From Hyphochytrium catenoides (Eukaryota > Protista > Hyphochytriomycota): a stretch of 59,653 bases of DNA. The stretch's first letter is position 1, and every line of letters begins with the position of its first letter. The DNA lies in contig FLMG01002846.1 of NCBI GenBank assembly GCA_900088475.1, positions 1 to 59,653 on the forward strand. The letters run 5' to 3'. Positions 21,626-34,437 of this stretch are shown here, piece by piece. The notes under the pieces are model-generated. The model searched no databases and was not told where the DNA came from. It saw only the letters and a list, made by a program, of their open reading frames with translations. The translations under genes were made by a program, and so were the position numbers.

Positions 21626-24600
21626 ATGGTAGGCCAAGGAGTGTCACTCAGAAGTGGGATGCCTTTGAAGGGCAACCATAATCCCTATGGACAAGCGAAG
21701 GACCCGCGGGCAAAGTCACCAGACAATCCTGGTAGACTTGAGCCAGAGGACTCCGCACGAAGCGATAAAGATGTCCGTAGCAAGCTTGATAGTAAAACTC
21801 AAATGAAGCCATCGTCCAGCCACAATGTTCCTGAACTAGACTATGCCTCTGACTACGTTACCTCTACCTTCAACCAACCAGAAGGTGATGGTAGGAGCAT
21901 CTATCAAACATTTTTAAGTACGGTATATCGATTGGACTGACTTGCTATGCATAAAACAGGCAACGAGTGTGTCAAAGTCTGTGTGCGAGTGCGTCCTTTG
22001 GTACCTAAGGAGAAGCTGGAGAGCTGTCAGCCTTGCGTGGACGTGAGACAGAATGGGAAAGACATCGTCATTGGCAAAAATAGAGCTTTCACTTTTGACT
22101 ATAGCTTTGGGATCTCCACGAGCCAAGAGGTCAATTGTTTTTCTAAGCCTTCCCGTTATGTCGTCCGCTAATCCCGCGACCTCTACTCCTTAACTTACAG
22201 ACCATTTATTCGACATGTGTGTCCAGTCTGGTCCAAAGCTGCTTCGAGGTAGGAAAGCGGAGTGGAAGAGTGAAAGCTGGATTTCTTCTTCCGTCTTGTC
22301 AGACGCATAAGATTATCGGCAGCCTAGACTATGTTCCCGCATCTCTCTTCTCTGCCCCTGATTCTCTCTCTTCCTTCGTCACTATCCATCATCGCTCCGT
22401 ACTTTTACGTCCCTTCCACTTTTCTCTACCTCTCTTCATCAACTACCCATTGTCCTATCCTATATTCCATCCCTGACTTTTTTCTGACGATTGGGATCCT
22501 CTTAGGGGTATAATGCGACAGTCCTCGCCTACGGGCAGACTGGCAGTGGGAAAACCTTCACGATGGGAACCTCTCCTAGTAGCAGCACCCTTGACCATGA
22601 CCTGGGGATCATTCCTCGGGTATGACGGCTCTTCTCCTCCTCTCTAAATTGTTGGCATCTTCCATATTGCTAGTCCGCGTGTACTCCGCTATCTTTAGCT
22701 CTATTCTTCAGTCTACTACCCCTCGATGATAATCGCATCATTCCTTCTTATCACCACGGCAATTTTTGCGCTTTTTGGTTGGTCAGGTTGTGGCCAATAT
22801 CTTTGAGAAGATCTCAGACCTGAAGGAGACAGATGTACTCGTGAAGGTTGACTATCTTGAGATTTATAATGAGATGATACGGGACTTGTTTTGCCCTGAC
22901 AACAAGGTAGACTGCTTCTTCTGCTTTCATTCCGGCTTAGCAGGGCTTGTAGTGCTCCCGCAGGGCATGTGTTCTCTCCGTGGCTGCCTTTATGATGACT
23001 GTTAACGCATTTTCGCTATTACTTCAGGGGATCATGATCCGGGAGACTCCTCAAGGTATCCATGTCCTCGGCATTCAATCAAAGATTGTGCGCAGTGCTT
23101 CAGACATTTTCCACCTGCTGGCGGAGGGCTCGGCGAACAGAAGCGTAGGCAGCACCCTTATGAATGGTAACTAGTTAGAAAAGAGGCTAGCGGTCTCAAA
23201 AGATATTCTGAACCAGTCTTCAAAGGTTGCTTTTCCCATTTATCGCCGCTCGATACAGTTTTACCTATGTTCGCTCCGTCTGTGATGGCATGTTCTGCCT
23301 CTTTTGAGCCCACTTTTTCCACCAATGCCTGGAAACCCATGTGAGTTACCTCTCTCAAGCCATCTTCTAAGTTCCTCCTTATCTTCAGAGCAAAGTAGCC
23401 GGTCGCACGCGCTGTTTACTATCAACATAGAGCAGAGGGACACGAGAACCGAAGAGTATACGAAGGCGAAGTTCCATCTTGTTGACCTGGCGGGTTCAGA
23501 GAGAAACAAAAGAACGGGAGCTGTAGGAGGAAGATTCAAGGTCATCATGAATCCCGAGCTCCTTAATAGCTGTGCTTCACTCTGCATTTCTTTCGTTCCC
23601 ATTGTCAAATGTCTTGTGTGCTGAGCTTGAGGTTTCTTCAGCCCTGTGTCTGCTTGTCTACCCTTACAGCGGGGTCTAAGTCTCCCTCACATTCTCTCAC
23701 TCTCTCTTTCTGTTTCCCCTGTCGCACTTGTTGGACATGCAGGAGTCTGTCTCCATCAACCAGGGATTGCTCTCCTTAGGCAACGTGATTAGCGCCCTTG
23801 GAGACCCGAAGAAGAAGGCGAAGCATGTTCCATACAGGGAGTCGAAACTCACCCGCCTGCTTCAGGACTCACTAGGAGGAAATAGTAGGACTCTCATGAT
23901 TGCATGCATTTCTCCGGCAGGCAAGTATTTACAGAAATTCTGTTGTTCTTATGTTTCCTTTACAGGGACGTCGTCCTTTCTGGCGTTCCCCTAGTGTTAG
24001 GACCGCGTCTCTAGTTAGGACGACTTCATTTGCTGTCATTCTGCTCGTTCCGCTCTTTATTATATCTACCAGGATAACACCCTAACCACGTATACTCTTT
24101 CCCGGTCTCACGCTGTGTCTCCCTGTACACTCTCTGCCGTGTACCATCTAGATGTGAATTTTGACGAGACGCTTAACACTCTCAAGTATGCGAATAGAGC
24201 GCGTAACATCCGAAACAAGCCCATCGTCAACCATGGAGGGAACAACCAGGAGGAAGTCAGCGCGGAGATCGCAAAGATGCAGGAGGAGATCTCTTCCTTA
24301 CAGCATAAGCTGCAGAAGGTAAGGGGAAGAAGACGGGTAAGAGGTAGCACGAATGTTTAGCGGTACGATAATGGCTGAGAGGCAAGTCAGTGTGTTTCAC
24401 AGTGCCTCAGAGACGCTAAACCCCTGAGTCAAGTGCACCTAGACAGAGAATGGGGAGAAAAATCGAGAGGGAGAGAGAGACAGAGAGACAGAGAGACAGA
24501 GAGAGAGAGTGAAGAAACATGAAGAGAGAGAAGATGACACGAGGGCGATTGTTGGTAGGTGCCCTAGACCAAGCTAGGAAGTCGTTGCTCGCCGTTGACA

Positions 24601-27600
24601 ACTTCCCTAGGCCAATTCTGAGGAGAGTGAGGACAGTGCAGAAGCGATCCAGCAGCTGCAGAGTCAAGTTGCCCAGGTAATGTCTGCCACAGGTTGAAAG
24701 AAAGAGATATGATGAGAAAAGGAGATAATAGCAGTATGAAATGAGAGAAAGAGACACAAGCAGAATGAACAACCGTCAATAGGAAACTCGAAGGCAATGG
24801 AAGGAAAAAGAGGCTGATATTTCCATCCTCGCTTATCCTCTCTTGAAGTTGACTGACAGGAATCAGACTCTGGAGGCAGAGTTGAACGCTGCTAGAGCTG
24901 GTAAGCTAGCCTGACCGAGGCTCTCTTCTTTGGACGTCTCCCGCTCTCTCCTCTACTACTAGGCGCTCACTTCTCTCTCCTCTCGTCCTCTCTGTCTTTC
25001 TCCATAGTCTCTTCTTATTTTTCCGCTTTCGCCATCCGTAGCTACCTTTCGCATTCTTTCTCTTAGTATCCAGAAGTTGTCTCTGGGGTTATACTTCTCA
25101 CCGCCCGCTTTTCTTTCGAATCTGGTCCCTCTTTGTCGCTGTACCTTACACGCCTCAGGCTTGCAGGATACACAGTCCTTAGTAAAGCGCATTGCAATGG
25201 ACCTTGTGGAGTTGGATAGAAGCAACTCTGCGACGGAGGGCATCCGCCAGCAGCTCATTCCCATTCTGAAGCTGCTTAAGGTCTAATCCTCCTAGCTCTG
25301 TTTCCATCTTTCAAAGGCTCCACTCTTCTTCGTTGCGCATGTGCGACTGGCGTTCTCCTAGGCCGTTGTGCTTTGCCTGTTCGCTATAACTAGTTCCTGT
25401 CTGTTCCACCTTTTTAAACGCTTTGCACTCTTCTCTTCTTCGTGACTCAGGTGGGCTATGACCAAGTTCTCCGGCCTCTGACGGCTGTGGGAGGTCGACC
25501 TTGCCCTCCATCTGTGGCAAGACCGCGCACAGCAAGTTCATTGGGAAAGAAGGTCGGAATGGATTTCCTATCCTCTCTTCCTCTTCCACCCCCGTCCGTG
25601 AAGAAAGTGGGAACCCCAGGCCTTGCGGTGGAGCAGAGCCAGGACGCCTTGGCAGAGTTGGAAAGAAAGTTGCAGATGAAGGAGCAAGAATGCAGGGATC
25701 TGCAGGATAAGCTGACGGAAGCACTCGAGGACTTAGACAGGTAACCGATTCTCTGTGTCGCTCGCCTCTTGCTTGGCCATTTCTTTTTACCTCATTTCCA
25801 CTTTCTCCCACACTCTCTCTCTTTAACGCTTGTGCCTTAATGATACTCTTTTGGCTATAGAGACGAGAGGATCTTTGCTTCAAAGATGTCCGAGCTGGCA
25901 GAGTATCTGAAAGAGCTTGAAGGCCTGCGCCTTGAAAATGCCAAGCTGAAGGGAGAGATAACCATACTGAAGCCGCTGCCTAGACAGGAAGAAGGTGCCC
26001 CATAACTCTGCGTGCCTCCTCTTTCTCTCCCCAAATGCCCTTTCACGTTGCTCAGTGCACTTTGTCGTTGTTCTCAGCGCACAGTTCTCCTTCCCTTGCC
26101 TCCACCCATCCATTCCCGGTGCCTTATGCGTCTAACTGTCATGTCTTCTGGTCCCTTCAGGAGCTGACACAGTCCTGGTAGAGACGTATGATCCGGACAA
26201 CGAGGACTTCCCAGGTNNNGGGCAGATCCGCAGCCTGCAAAGAACCTTGGCCATCTGGAGGAGCTCATTGCCGTCAGCAACCAGAAGTTGGAGCTCGAGG
26301 AAGAGAAGAGAAGAGTTGAAGAAGGAAAGCGAAAGCTCGAGGAGGAGAAGGTGAGACAACGGGCAGTCATTACTATGCTTCTACCTATCTCTTTCCACTT
26401 TGACAACGCACTGACCTATGGCCCCTCCTCCATTCTTCCCCTCTTGTCTTCAGCTTCGTCTACAGCTAGAGACAGAGGCCGCGCGAAGGGAACATGAGGA
26501 TAAGATACGCATGATGGAGAACGCGATGCAGGAGTTGGAGGTCAACATTAGATTGAAGGAGGAACTTATTGAAAGAGTCAACAAAACGTAAACCAGATTT
26601 TCTGCATTTGTCTCTCCATCTCTTCCCTTTATTTTTCTTCTCGTTCTGCGCTCTCTCTTTCTCTCTTTCTCTGTTCTTTGCCTGTCAGCCACTCTCTGTT
26701 ACCGGTCCTGAACGAATCCCCTTGAGCATTTGGTGCGGTTGCGTTAGAGGTCCTGTTTAGCGTAAGGCTTGCCTTTGCGGTGCCTTCCGGCATCTCTGTG
26801 TCTGTTTACTTTCACGCTCTCACTTGCCGCTGAGGTCTCATCCTTATCCACGGTCTTTTGCCGCCAACTTTACATTAATTGGAACAGGGAGAGCAGTGCT
26901 TCAGATCTCGTAGCCCAATATCGAGAGCGAGTTGAGCAGCTGGAGCAGGAGATCCAGGCGGCCAAGGACAAAGTGCAAGAGGCAGCCGCAGAGCTTGAAG
27001 AGCTGGTATTATATATACTCTTCTCTCCCATTTTATCTCCTCCTCCATCCTCCTCAAGATTACTCATGCATTGGCTCACTTCTCTGCTCTCTTTTTGGTG
27101 TGAAGGAGCGTGCCAAGACGGAGAGAGACCTTGCACTGGAACAGAGAGCGGCTCAGAGGAGAGAGTACGAGGGGAAGCTTCGTGCAGCGACGGAGGAGCT
27201 CGAAAGTCTCAGAAGACAGCAAAAGGAGACGGAAAAGCTCATCAAGCTGAAGCAGCAGAGCGATAAGAGAATACAAGGTAAGATAAGAGGACGCCTCCTG
27301 GATCATGGGAGAAGCGTCGTCTCCCGTGAGGCGGAAGGAATGTCCTTCGGCGAGACATATATGGGGAAAGCGGGAAAACGTGAATGAAGGCAGCTTCTTT
27401 ATAAGCGTCTCGTTTCCGGGGCCTCGTCAGCTTGCAACTATTCTTTCTCTTTGAGGACCCAATTTCCAAGAGCTAATACTTGCCAATCCTTGTCCTTGGA
27501 AACCACTTTGTTGCAAGATTTGGAACAGGAGCTTTCGAAGTTAAAGGAGGAGCACGAGGTGATCAAGAAAAAGAGAGACGAGGAGCAAAAGAACGTAAGN

Positions 27601-30600
27601 NNNNNNNNNNNNNNNNNNNNNNNNNNNNNNNNNNNNNNNNNNNNNNNNNNNNNNNNNNNNNNNNNNNNNNNNNNNTTCTCCCTCCATGTCTTAACCAAGG
27701 CTTTCCTACATTGAAGCTCTCTCGTGCTCTGTCTCGCTACTTTAAGACGGTTCCCAGCTTGGTTTAGCCTCTTAAGCTTCCCGCTGGGTTATAACTCTTC
27801 AATTCTCTATTCCTAGGAGCGCTCCAAGAATGACTCTAAGCAACGGGAGCTCTCTTCTCTTCAGAAGGACATGGAGGCCTTGAGGAAAAAACTCAGAGAG
27901 CTTGAAGAAGAAAACGACAGGCACAAGCAGATGCTCAAGAGAAAGACAGAAGATGTTATCAAGGTTGCCTGTTCACTAAGTCTTTTCTTTCGTTCCCCTC
28001 CTCATTACTGACCTCTTCTGTCTCGCTTCTACATCGCCCTTTCCTAGGCCTTAGGGTTAGGGTTTTCCTACCTCTGTCTCCCTACTTCTCCTCCTGCTTA
28101 GGGTTAGCGTTAGGGTTAGACCTCTGCGTCCGTCTCCCTACTCTTCCTCTTATCTCTCATGCTCTCGCACTGCTAGTTTGATTTCTCTACGCCACAATGC
28201 ACCGGTTCCTCCTATTTACCCTCTTTCTCTTTCTCTTCTCTCTGTTTTCTCGTTCTCCCCATTCTTTATTTCATCCCCTCCTTCTTTTGCTCCTCCCTGG
28301 TCAGGCTCAACGGAAGCTCCGAGTTGGGCCAACTACGAAGGAGAGACCGCAAACTGCAGCTGCTAAGGCTAAAGGAGGAAAGGATACCAAGATGGGGCCG
28401 AAAGTACCTGCTACTGCCAGAGCTTACACAGGTCTCCCTCGCTCTTGCTCGTTCACTCTTTCCCTTCTTTCACGGATTATCTTTGTCTTCTCTGTTTTCA
28501 GCCATCCACAAACACTGTCCACTGTCTATGACACAGATGCACTTTCGGATGCTCTCTCTCTCTCTCTCTCTCCATCTATCTATTTATCTATCTGACTATC
28601 TTTCACCATATTCTCTCTCATTGTCTTCCTCTGTTTTTCAGTTCTTTCTAGCTGCTACGTCGTCAAACTGCCTTTTCTGTCTCTCTCTGCTTCGTCTTTG
28701 CTCACAACTCCTTCGTACCTCTTCCCGTTCCTATAAAGGCCTGGATGAGGAATCAAAGACCGGGACTGAAAGTGAGGAGAAAAAGGAGGAGAGAAGAGGA
28801 GGAAAAGCGGAGCTTAAGGGAGAGGAAGTACATGCGCTCGTTCTCTCCTTCAAGAGCAGGTTGGAGAATTGCTTCCAAGCTTATGAGGCTGAGCTACAGC
28901 TTGCCAGGTGAGATTCTGACACTCTTTCTCTGCCCCCGTGAGCTTATCTCTTTACTTGCTCTTCATCCTCTGACTGCGGTGGTGTTGTCTCGTCAACGTC
29001 ACAGAGTTCAGAGTCAGCGCCAAACATCAGAGACTGCTAGGAAGACTGCGGATCTGCGTCGTTCAGCACTTACTATGAAGAAGCTTCGAACAAGGTATGA
29101 GGATAGAAGACGAAGAAAAAGACTCCGAGGAGCCGTGAGCCAAAATAGTGCTTGCTTTTGGCGGCTACGGCTAAAAGACAATACCTCGATAGAGCCTTTC
29201 CTTTTTCCACATGCCTCTCTCTCTCTCTGTAATGGCCTCTTCATTCTCTCACCCCTTTCTTCCTCCTGTCCGTCTTTTGCTTTCCTTTCTGGTTGTCTCG
29301 TCCAGTCACGCGGTGAGTGACAGCATTGCTAGTCTCTCAATCCAACTTGACCAGTTAGACAACCAGCTTGAGGACAAGTCTATGGAGCTGAACAGCGTGA
29401 CCAACAAGTGAGCAAGATTTTGACAAAGAATAGTGTCTGTTGGTTGGTTTCTCTCTAACAAGTGTGTTGGTCCTAGTTGTCCCTCTAGATGGCAAATCTT
29501 TCTCTCTTTCTTGACGTCATGTTTCTATTGCTGCTCAGATGGACCTGACTTGTGCTTGTTAGACAGGACAATACACCTGAAGTCATCAAACTGGAGCTGG
29601 AGATAGACCAGCTTCTTGAGAAGAAGACGTTGGCCTTCCAGAGAAGAGCAGAGCTTGAGGATGCCGCCCTCCGCCAGGTGATGTCAGAGACGTGACCGGT
29701 GCAGAGAGAGAGAGAGGGACTTAACGATCGTAATGAAGGAGCAGATAGAATAAAGAGAGAAACTGCTCTCTCAACCTGATCCGGGAAAACGGAGACATGA
29801 GGTGTTCATAACGGGACCATTGCCATTGATTGGGGCCATAGCATGAGACAGAAGGGGAAGAAGTCTACGGGTGAACGCAGACAGAGAGCTTTTCGCTTTA
29901 GCAATGTTTTCATGCCCTAACCGTCCATCGGTAAACCCTCTAGGAGTATTTGACAGAGGAAGAAGAAAAAGAACTTGCTGCGCTGGAGGACGAGGTTGAA
30001 ACTCTGCAAGCAGAGATTGACTTCAAGGACGCAGGTTCGTCTCATTCTGCCAGCTCTTGGGTCGTAGTTCTGCCTCCGGCCCATCCCACTTGGCCGGTGA
30101 CCTTCCCTCTTGTTCTTGTTTAGTGTCTGATCTTCCTCTTTTGCTTGCCCGTTCGCGCATGCGTACTTTGGTTTGTGTCCAAACGGTCTTTATATCTATT
30201 CCTTTGACTCTACTGTGCTGCGTATGCAGAGATTGACAGGGCTCGAGTTCTCATTTCGGAAAGCCAGAAAGAACTCGGCGGAGAAGAAGACGAGAAGAGA
30301 GCAGAAGGGGAGAAGAAGGAGAAAGGTGCTGTTAACGCGGGCCGGCACATCGACGTTCTTATCAAAGAGACACCAAACATCTCGGTCCTCTCCCTGGCCG
30401 CTATTCTCAAGTTTTGCTGCAATGAGGTGAGCGAAAGTTAGAGGAAACGAGGAGATGGAACAACTGAAAAGGCGGTAGGGACAAGGATATTGAGAGACAC
30501 TTGGAAGTGAAATGAGCAGAGGACACAGAGTGGACCCTATATGGAGACCGCCTACGAAGAGAATAGGGGTGATATCAGGCTGACTGGCGTCTCTTCCTGC

Positions 30601-33032
30601 GTGTTCCTCTTCTCTTGTGAAAGCTTATGGAGAGCAGATTGCTACAGAGAGAGAGAGAAAAGGCTATTGCCGTGATCGACCTGCAGCTTCATGAGAGCCA
30701 GAAGCGCATCCACGAGTTGGAATGCATTGCAAGGAAGCTGAAGATAGACTCAGATCGCAAGGCGACGCAGCTCCAGACAGCTGCGGAGAAGAAGATTCAT
30801 TCACTCCTAAAACAGATCACAAAACTACGAAACTCCATGGCAAATCAGCCTCAAACTGGTAAGCTCTTCTCTCCCTTCATGAGTCTGAAAAGGGTCTTCA
30901 TACTCTCCAATGCTGCTTCAACATTCTGCCAGGATCAGCACAGAGCAGCAGCCAGGCAGAGTTGATTGCGATTATTGAAGACTTGAAGCACATCATAGAT
31001 CAACAGAAAGAGCAGCTTACCTTAGCAGAAAAGGTATTATAAAGCATCGTCCTCTTCTGAAGATTCTGAGAGAGGGAATTTCTCGGGGAATCGTCCTTGT
31101 TCTCTTCAACATTTTTGCCATTGTACATCCGTGCTTCGCTATCACTGTCCTTTCTTCTCTCTCTCTCTGTCTGTCTCTCTCTCTGTCTTTCCCACTCTCT
31201 CTCCCGGCAACCCGTCGGTCAGCTTCAGAGGAAAATGAAGGGTTCTCAAGCTCTCTCTCTCTCTCGCTCACTCGCTCGCTCTCACGCTCTCACGCTCTCT
31301 CTCTCTCTCTATCTCTGTGCCTGTCAGAACCATGAGTACTATAAGACAACCAATCGCAGTCTCAGACTCCAGGTGGATCAGCTGAGGGAGGAGCAGGATG
31401 CTGAGAGAGGGAGGAAGAGGGCGGAAGAAGAACTGCACGTCGCCAAGTGCAAAGAGTTGCAAGTAGTGAATGACAGTCTTATGAGAGAACTTACCACTCT
31501 GAAGGTCAACCCGCAAGCATCTCTCTCTCTTTTAGCTCTTTCTCTCATTGCCCTAAGTTAACATTGTTCTCTTGGTGGATTGTTCCAAACTCCCTCTCTC
31601 TCCCTCTCTCTTCTTTCACTCTCTAAGGCTTGTTCTCCCTTCTAACCTTCTTTTTGCCCGACAGAGTGTGATCAGGGGTCAGTTCCAGGGCCCTCACTCC
31701 ATCGTCGTGCCAAGAGAAGCAGTTCAAGAGATCAATCCTCCGCCTTCTACTTCCAGACCACCTTCCTCATCATCATCCTCTCTCTTCGCCGTGAAAAGGC
31801 CACAGAGCCGTCAAGGGACAGCTCTTCCTGCTTTTGAGGTTGTGGAGACGAGAAGTGTCCCTCCTCCTCCTCCATCGGTTCCTCCTTCTAGAAGTGGAGA
31901 AGGGAGAGAAGAGAAGAAAGAGGGAGAGAGTAGGAAAGCCGAAGCTGTCTCTTCTGCCAGGTTTGCAGTCAGAACGCCAGACCTTCGTCCACATGCTCCT
32001 TCTCTTCCTCTCCAATCTGCCCGAAGAAGAGAAGAACAAAGCCAAGAGAAGAGAGGAGAACAGCCGGAGCTTGATAGCATAGATAAGCCTCGACCAAAGG
32101 CTGGAGGAGAGAGATCCAAGCCATTATTTCAGGTTAATTATGCACCAGAGCGAGAAAGAGAGCAACTGCAGGAGAGAGAAGGAAATGAAGAGAGAGAGAG
32201 AGGGAATGCACCTCTGGTGCCGCGTCTCTCTCTCGTTCAAGCAGCAGTAGGAAAGGCCCCTGCCCCATTGACTGGCAGGCTCAAAGTAGAAGGAGGAGGA
32301 GAAGCGGGGCAGACAAGTAGTAGGACCGGGGCAGAAGAGAAGAGAGAAGTGCTAAGTCAGGAAAAGGCACCGAAGAAGACTGTCCGCTTCGCAGGTAAGG
32401 AAAGCCGAGAGAAAGACGAGTTGTGAATGGAATAGACACAAGAGAGAGAGAATCAGAGAGAAAGAGAGAGAGGGAGAGAGAGAGACTAAGTAATTCGGGC
32501 AATCAAGAGCAGGAGACAAAAGAAGAGGAAAGGATAAGGGAGGAGTGACGTTCCTTCATCAGGAGATGAAGAGAAAGTCGTATCTTAACAGGCAGAGATG
32601 GACAAATGGGTCTAATCCATTATGAGCTAGGGCGTTAATACTCTTGTCGACCTAAGGATCAGCTTTCTCCTCTCGTCTAAGTCTCTCTCTCTCTCTGTGT
32701 AAATCCGCGCAGTGCAAGCGACTGTCTTCTCAGAGGAGGCCAGGACTGAAAGCAGGACGGAGACAGAGCCAGAAAGAGCTGATTCTCACTCGAAAGGTCC
32801 AGCAAATGGCCCAGTCTCTCAGGGCGAGAGAGGGAGAGTCGCAGGGGTACAGAGCGCTAGAGACAGAGAAGCTGGAGCGCCTGCAATCCCGGCAACAGCT
32901 TCTACTGCCCGAGAGAGCTCCAAGGGGAGGGAAGGGAGAGAGCTCCAACAGGGAGAGAGAAAGAACGATAAAGAGACTCAGCGATTTAACGTGATCGCTG
33001 CCGCCAATCTTCCTCGCACCGGGAGGAGATGA
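21626..33032 (+). CDS. KIF27: Kinesin-4 family motor, KIF27/KIF7-like, multi-exon (contains N gaps)
   Basis: Motor motifs [82 protein letters not shown]. Long coiled coil with KIF7/27-like [52 protein letters not shown] and [11 protein letters not shown]. Disordered tail ends TGA at 33030-33032. Confidence 0.88.
28051..28119 (+). repeat. Interstitial telomere-type TTAGGG repeats in a kinesin intron
   Basis: ttagggttaggg at 28051-28062 and ttagggttagcgttagggttag at 28098-28119. Each is followed by a related acctctg..gtctccctac motif, suggesting a local duplication. Confidence 0.7.
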
Positions 33033-33150
33033 GCAGCATTTGCAGCTCGGCGAGCTCTGAGCTCTGAGCCTTGAGGAAAGCGCTATGCCCAGTCGTCGTT
33101 CGATCACCACCTTCTCTCTCTCTCTNNNNNNNNNNNNNNNNNNNNNNNNN

Positions 33151-33184
<34 letters not shown>

Positions 33185-33401
33185 CTTTCTCTCTTCACTT
33201 CCGTTCATAGTCTCTAAAATTCAGTTCGGTCTCTCTTTTGAGAGACATCCTTCCCTATATAGTCGCATTATTGTATATTTGTAGTTTTCTCAGTAGAACG
33301 GCAAGAAATTTATGTGCTAATAGCTCCTGTAGAACATTACCCTTATATCGTCGCATAATATGAGATCGATTGTGTCATCATAGATTCCAAAGATTTCTCA
33401 G

Positions 33402-33486
<85 letters not shown>

Positions 33487-33818
33487 GCGCCTCTCCTTTT
33501 AGGTATTCCCTCTCATTCTGACAAGAAAGAGGAACGATAGAGAAAGGAAAACAAGGAAGAGGGAAGGGAAACAACCAGTGGCAAGAGAGTGGCTGCCCAA
33601 GGAGGAGACGCTGGCAGTAAGTCAGCTGAAAAGCTCGCGCTGGACGGAAGAAGTGGAGCACATAGATATTAGCCCGCTCTCCCTTCCTTGCTCTGGCCCT
33701 CTGAACTCTTCTTTCCTGGCAGAGTTTTCTCTCTCTGTGGCTGAAGTTATGGCTTGAGGTCCAGCAGCAGCCGGTTCACCATCAGCTCAGGGCAGCACGG
33801 GACCTGGTCGCCAGAGTC

Positions 33819-34389
33819 ATGGAGAACCTGCCGAGCCCGGAGGAGGTGGAAGAAGTAGGGCTTAAGTCCGGCGCTTTCCTCGTCTTGTCTCTCTCTTGGT
33901 CTTGTTATCTCTCTGATGGATCTCTGTCTCTTTCCTCCTATCTGTCTCTCTCCTCACTCTCTCTCCCTTTCGCTTCCTCTTCTTTCTAATCTCTGAGTCG
34001 TGCCGTTAGCACAACCCCCGTGCTTTCTCTACAAGCCTCCCTCTGATCTCTCTCTTGCTCTCAATCTCTCTTTCTCTCTTTCACGCTCTTTCTCTGTTCT
34101 CTTTTTCCCTCTCTCTCCCCTCTCTCACCTTTTCGGCTCTTTCTTATCTAGGCCTTCAACCTACTGCCTCTCCTAGGGCAGGCACTGGAGGAGATGTTGA
34201 ACTCAGAGAATGTCCTCCGTGCAGGAGACATAGCAGCCAAAGTACGAGGCACAAATAGGCGATAACGTCTGCTCTCTCCTCTGCTTTTGCTCTCTCTGTT
34301 CTTTCCAGACTCTAGTCTCTTCTTGAGCCCTCTCTCTTCTCCAACAACTCTCTTAGGAGTATTCTTGCCTTCCCGGATCCCTCCCTGTC

Positions 34390-34437
<48 letters not shown>

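Noticed and set aside
33749-33757. Minimal uORF ATG-GCT-TGA upstream of MED9
   Set aside because: Expected by chance, and the transcript start is unknown.
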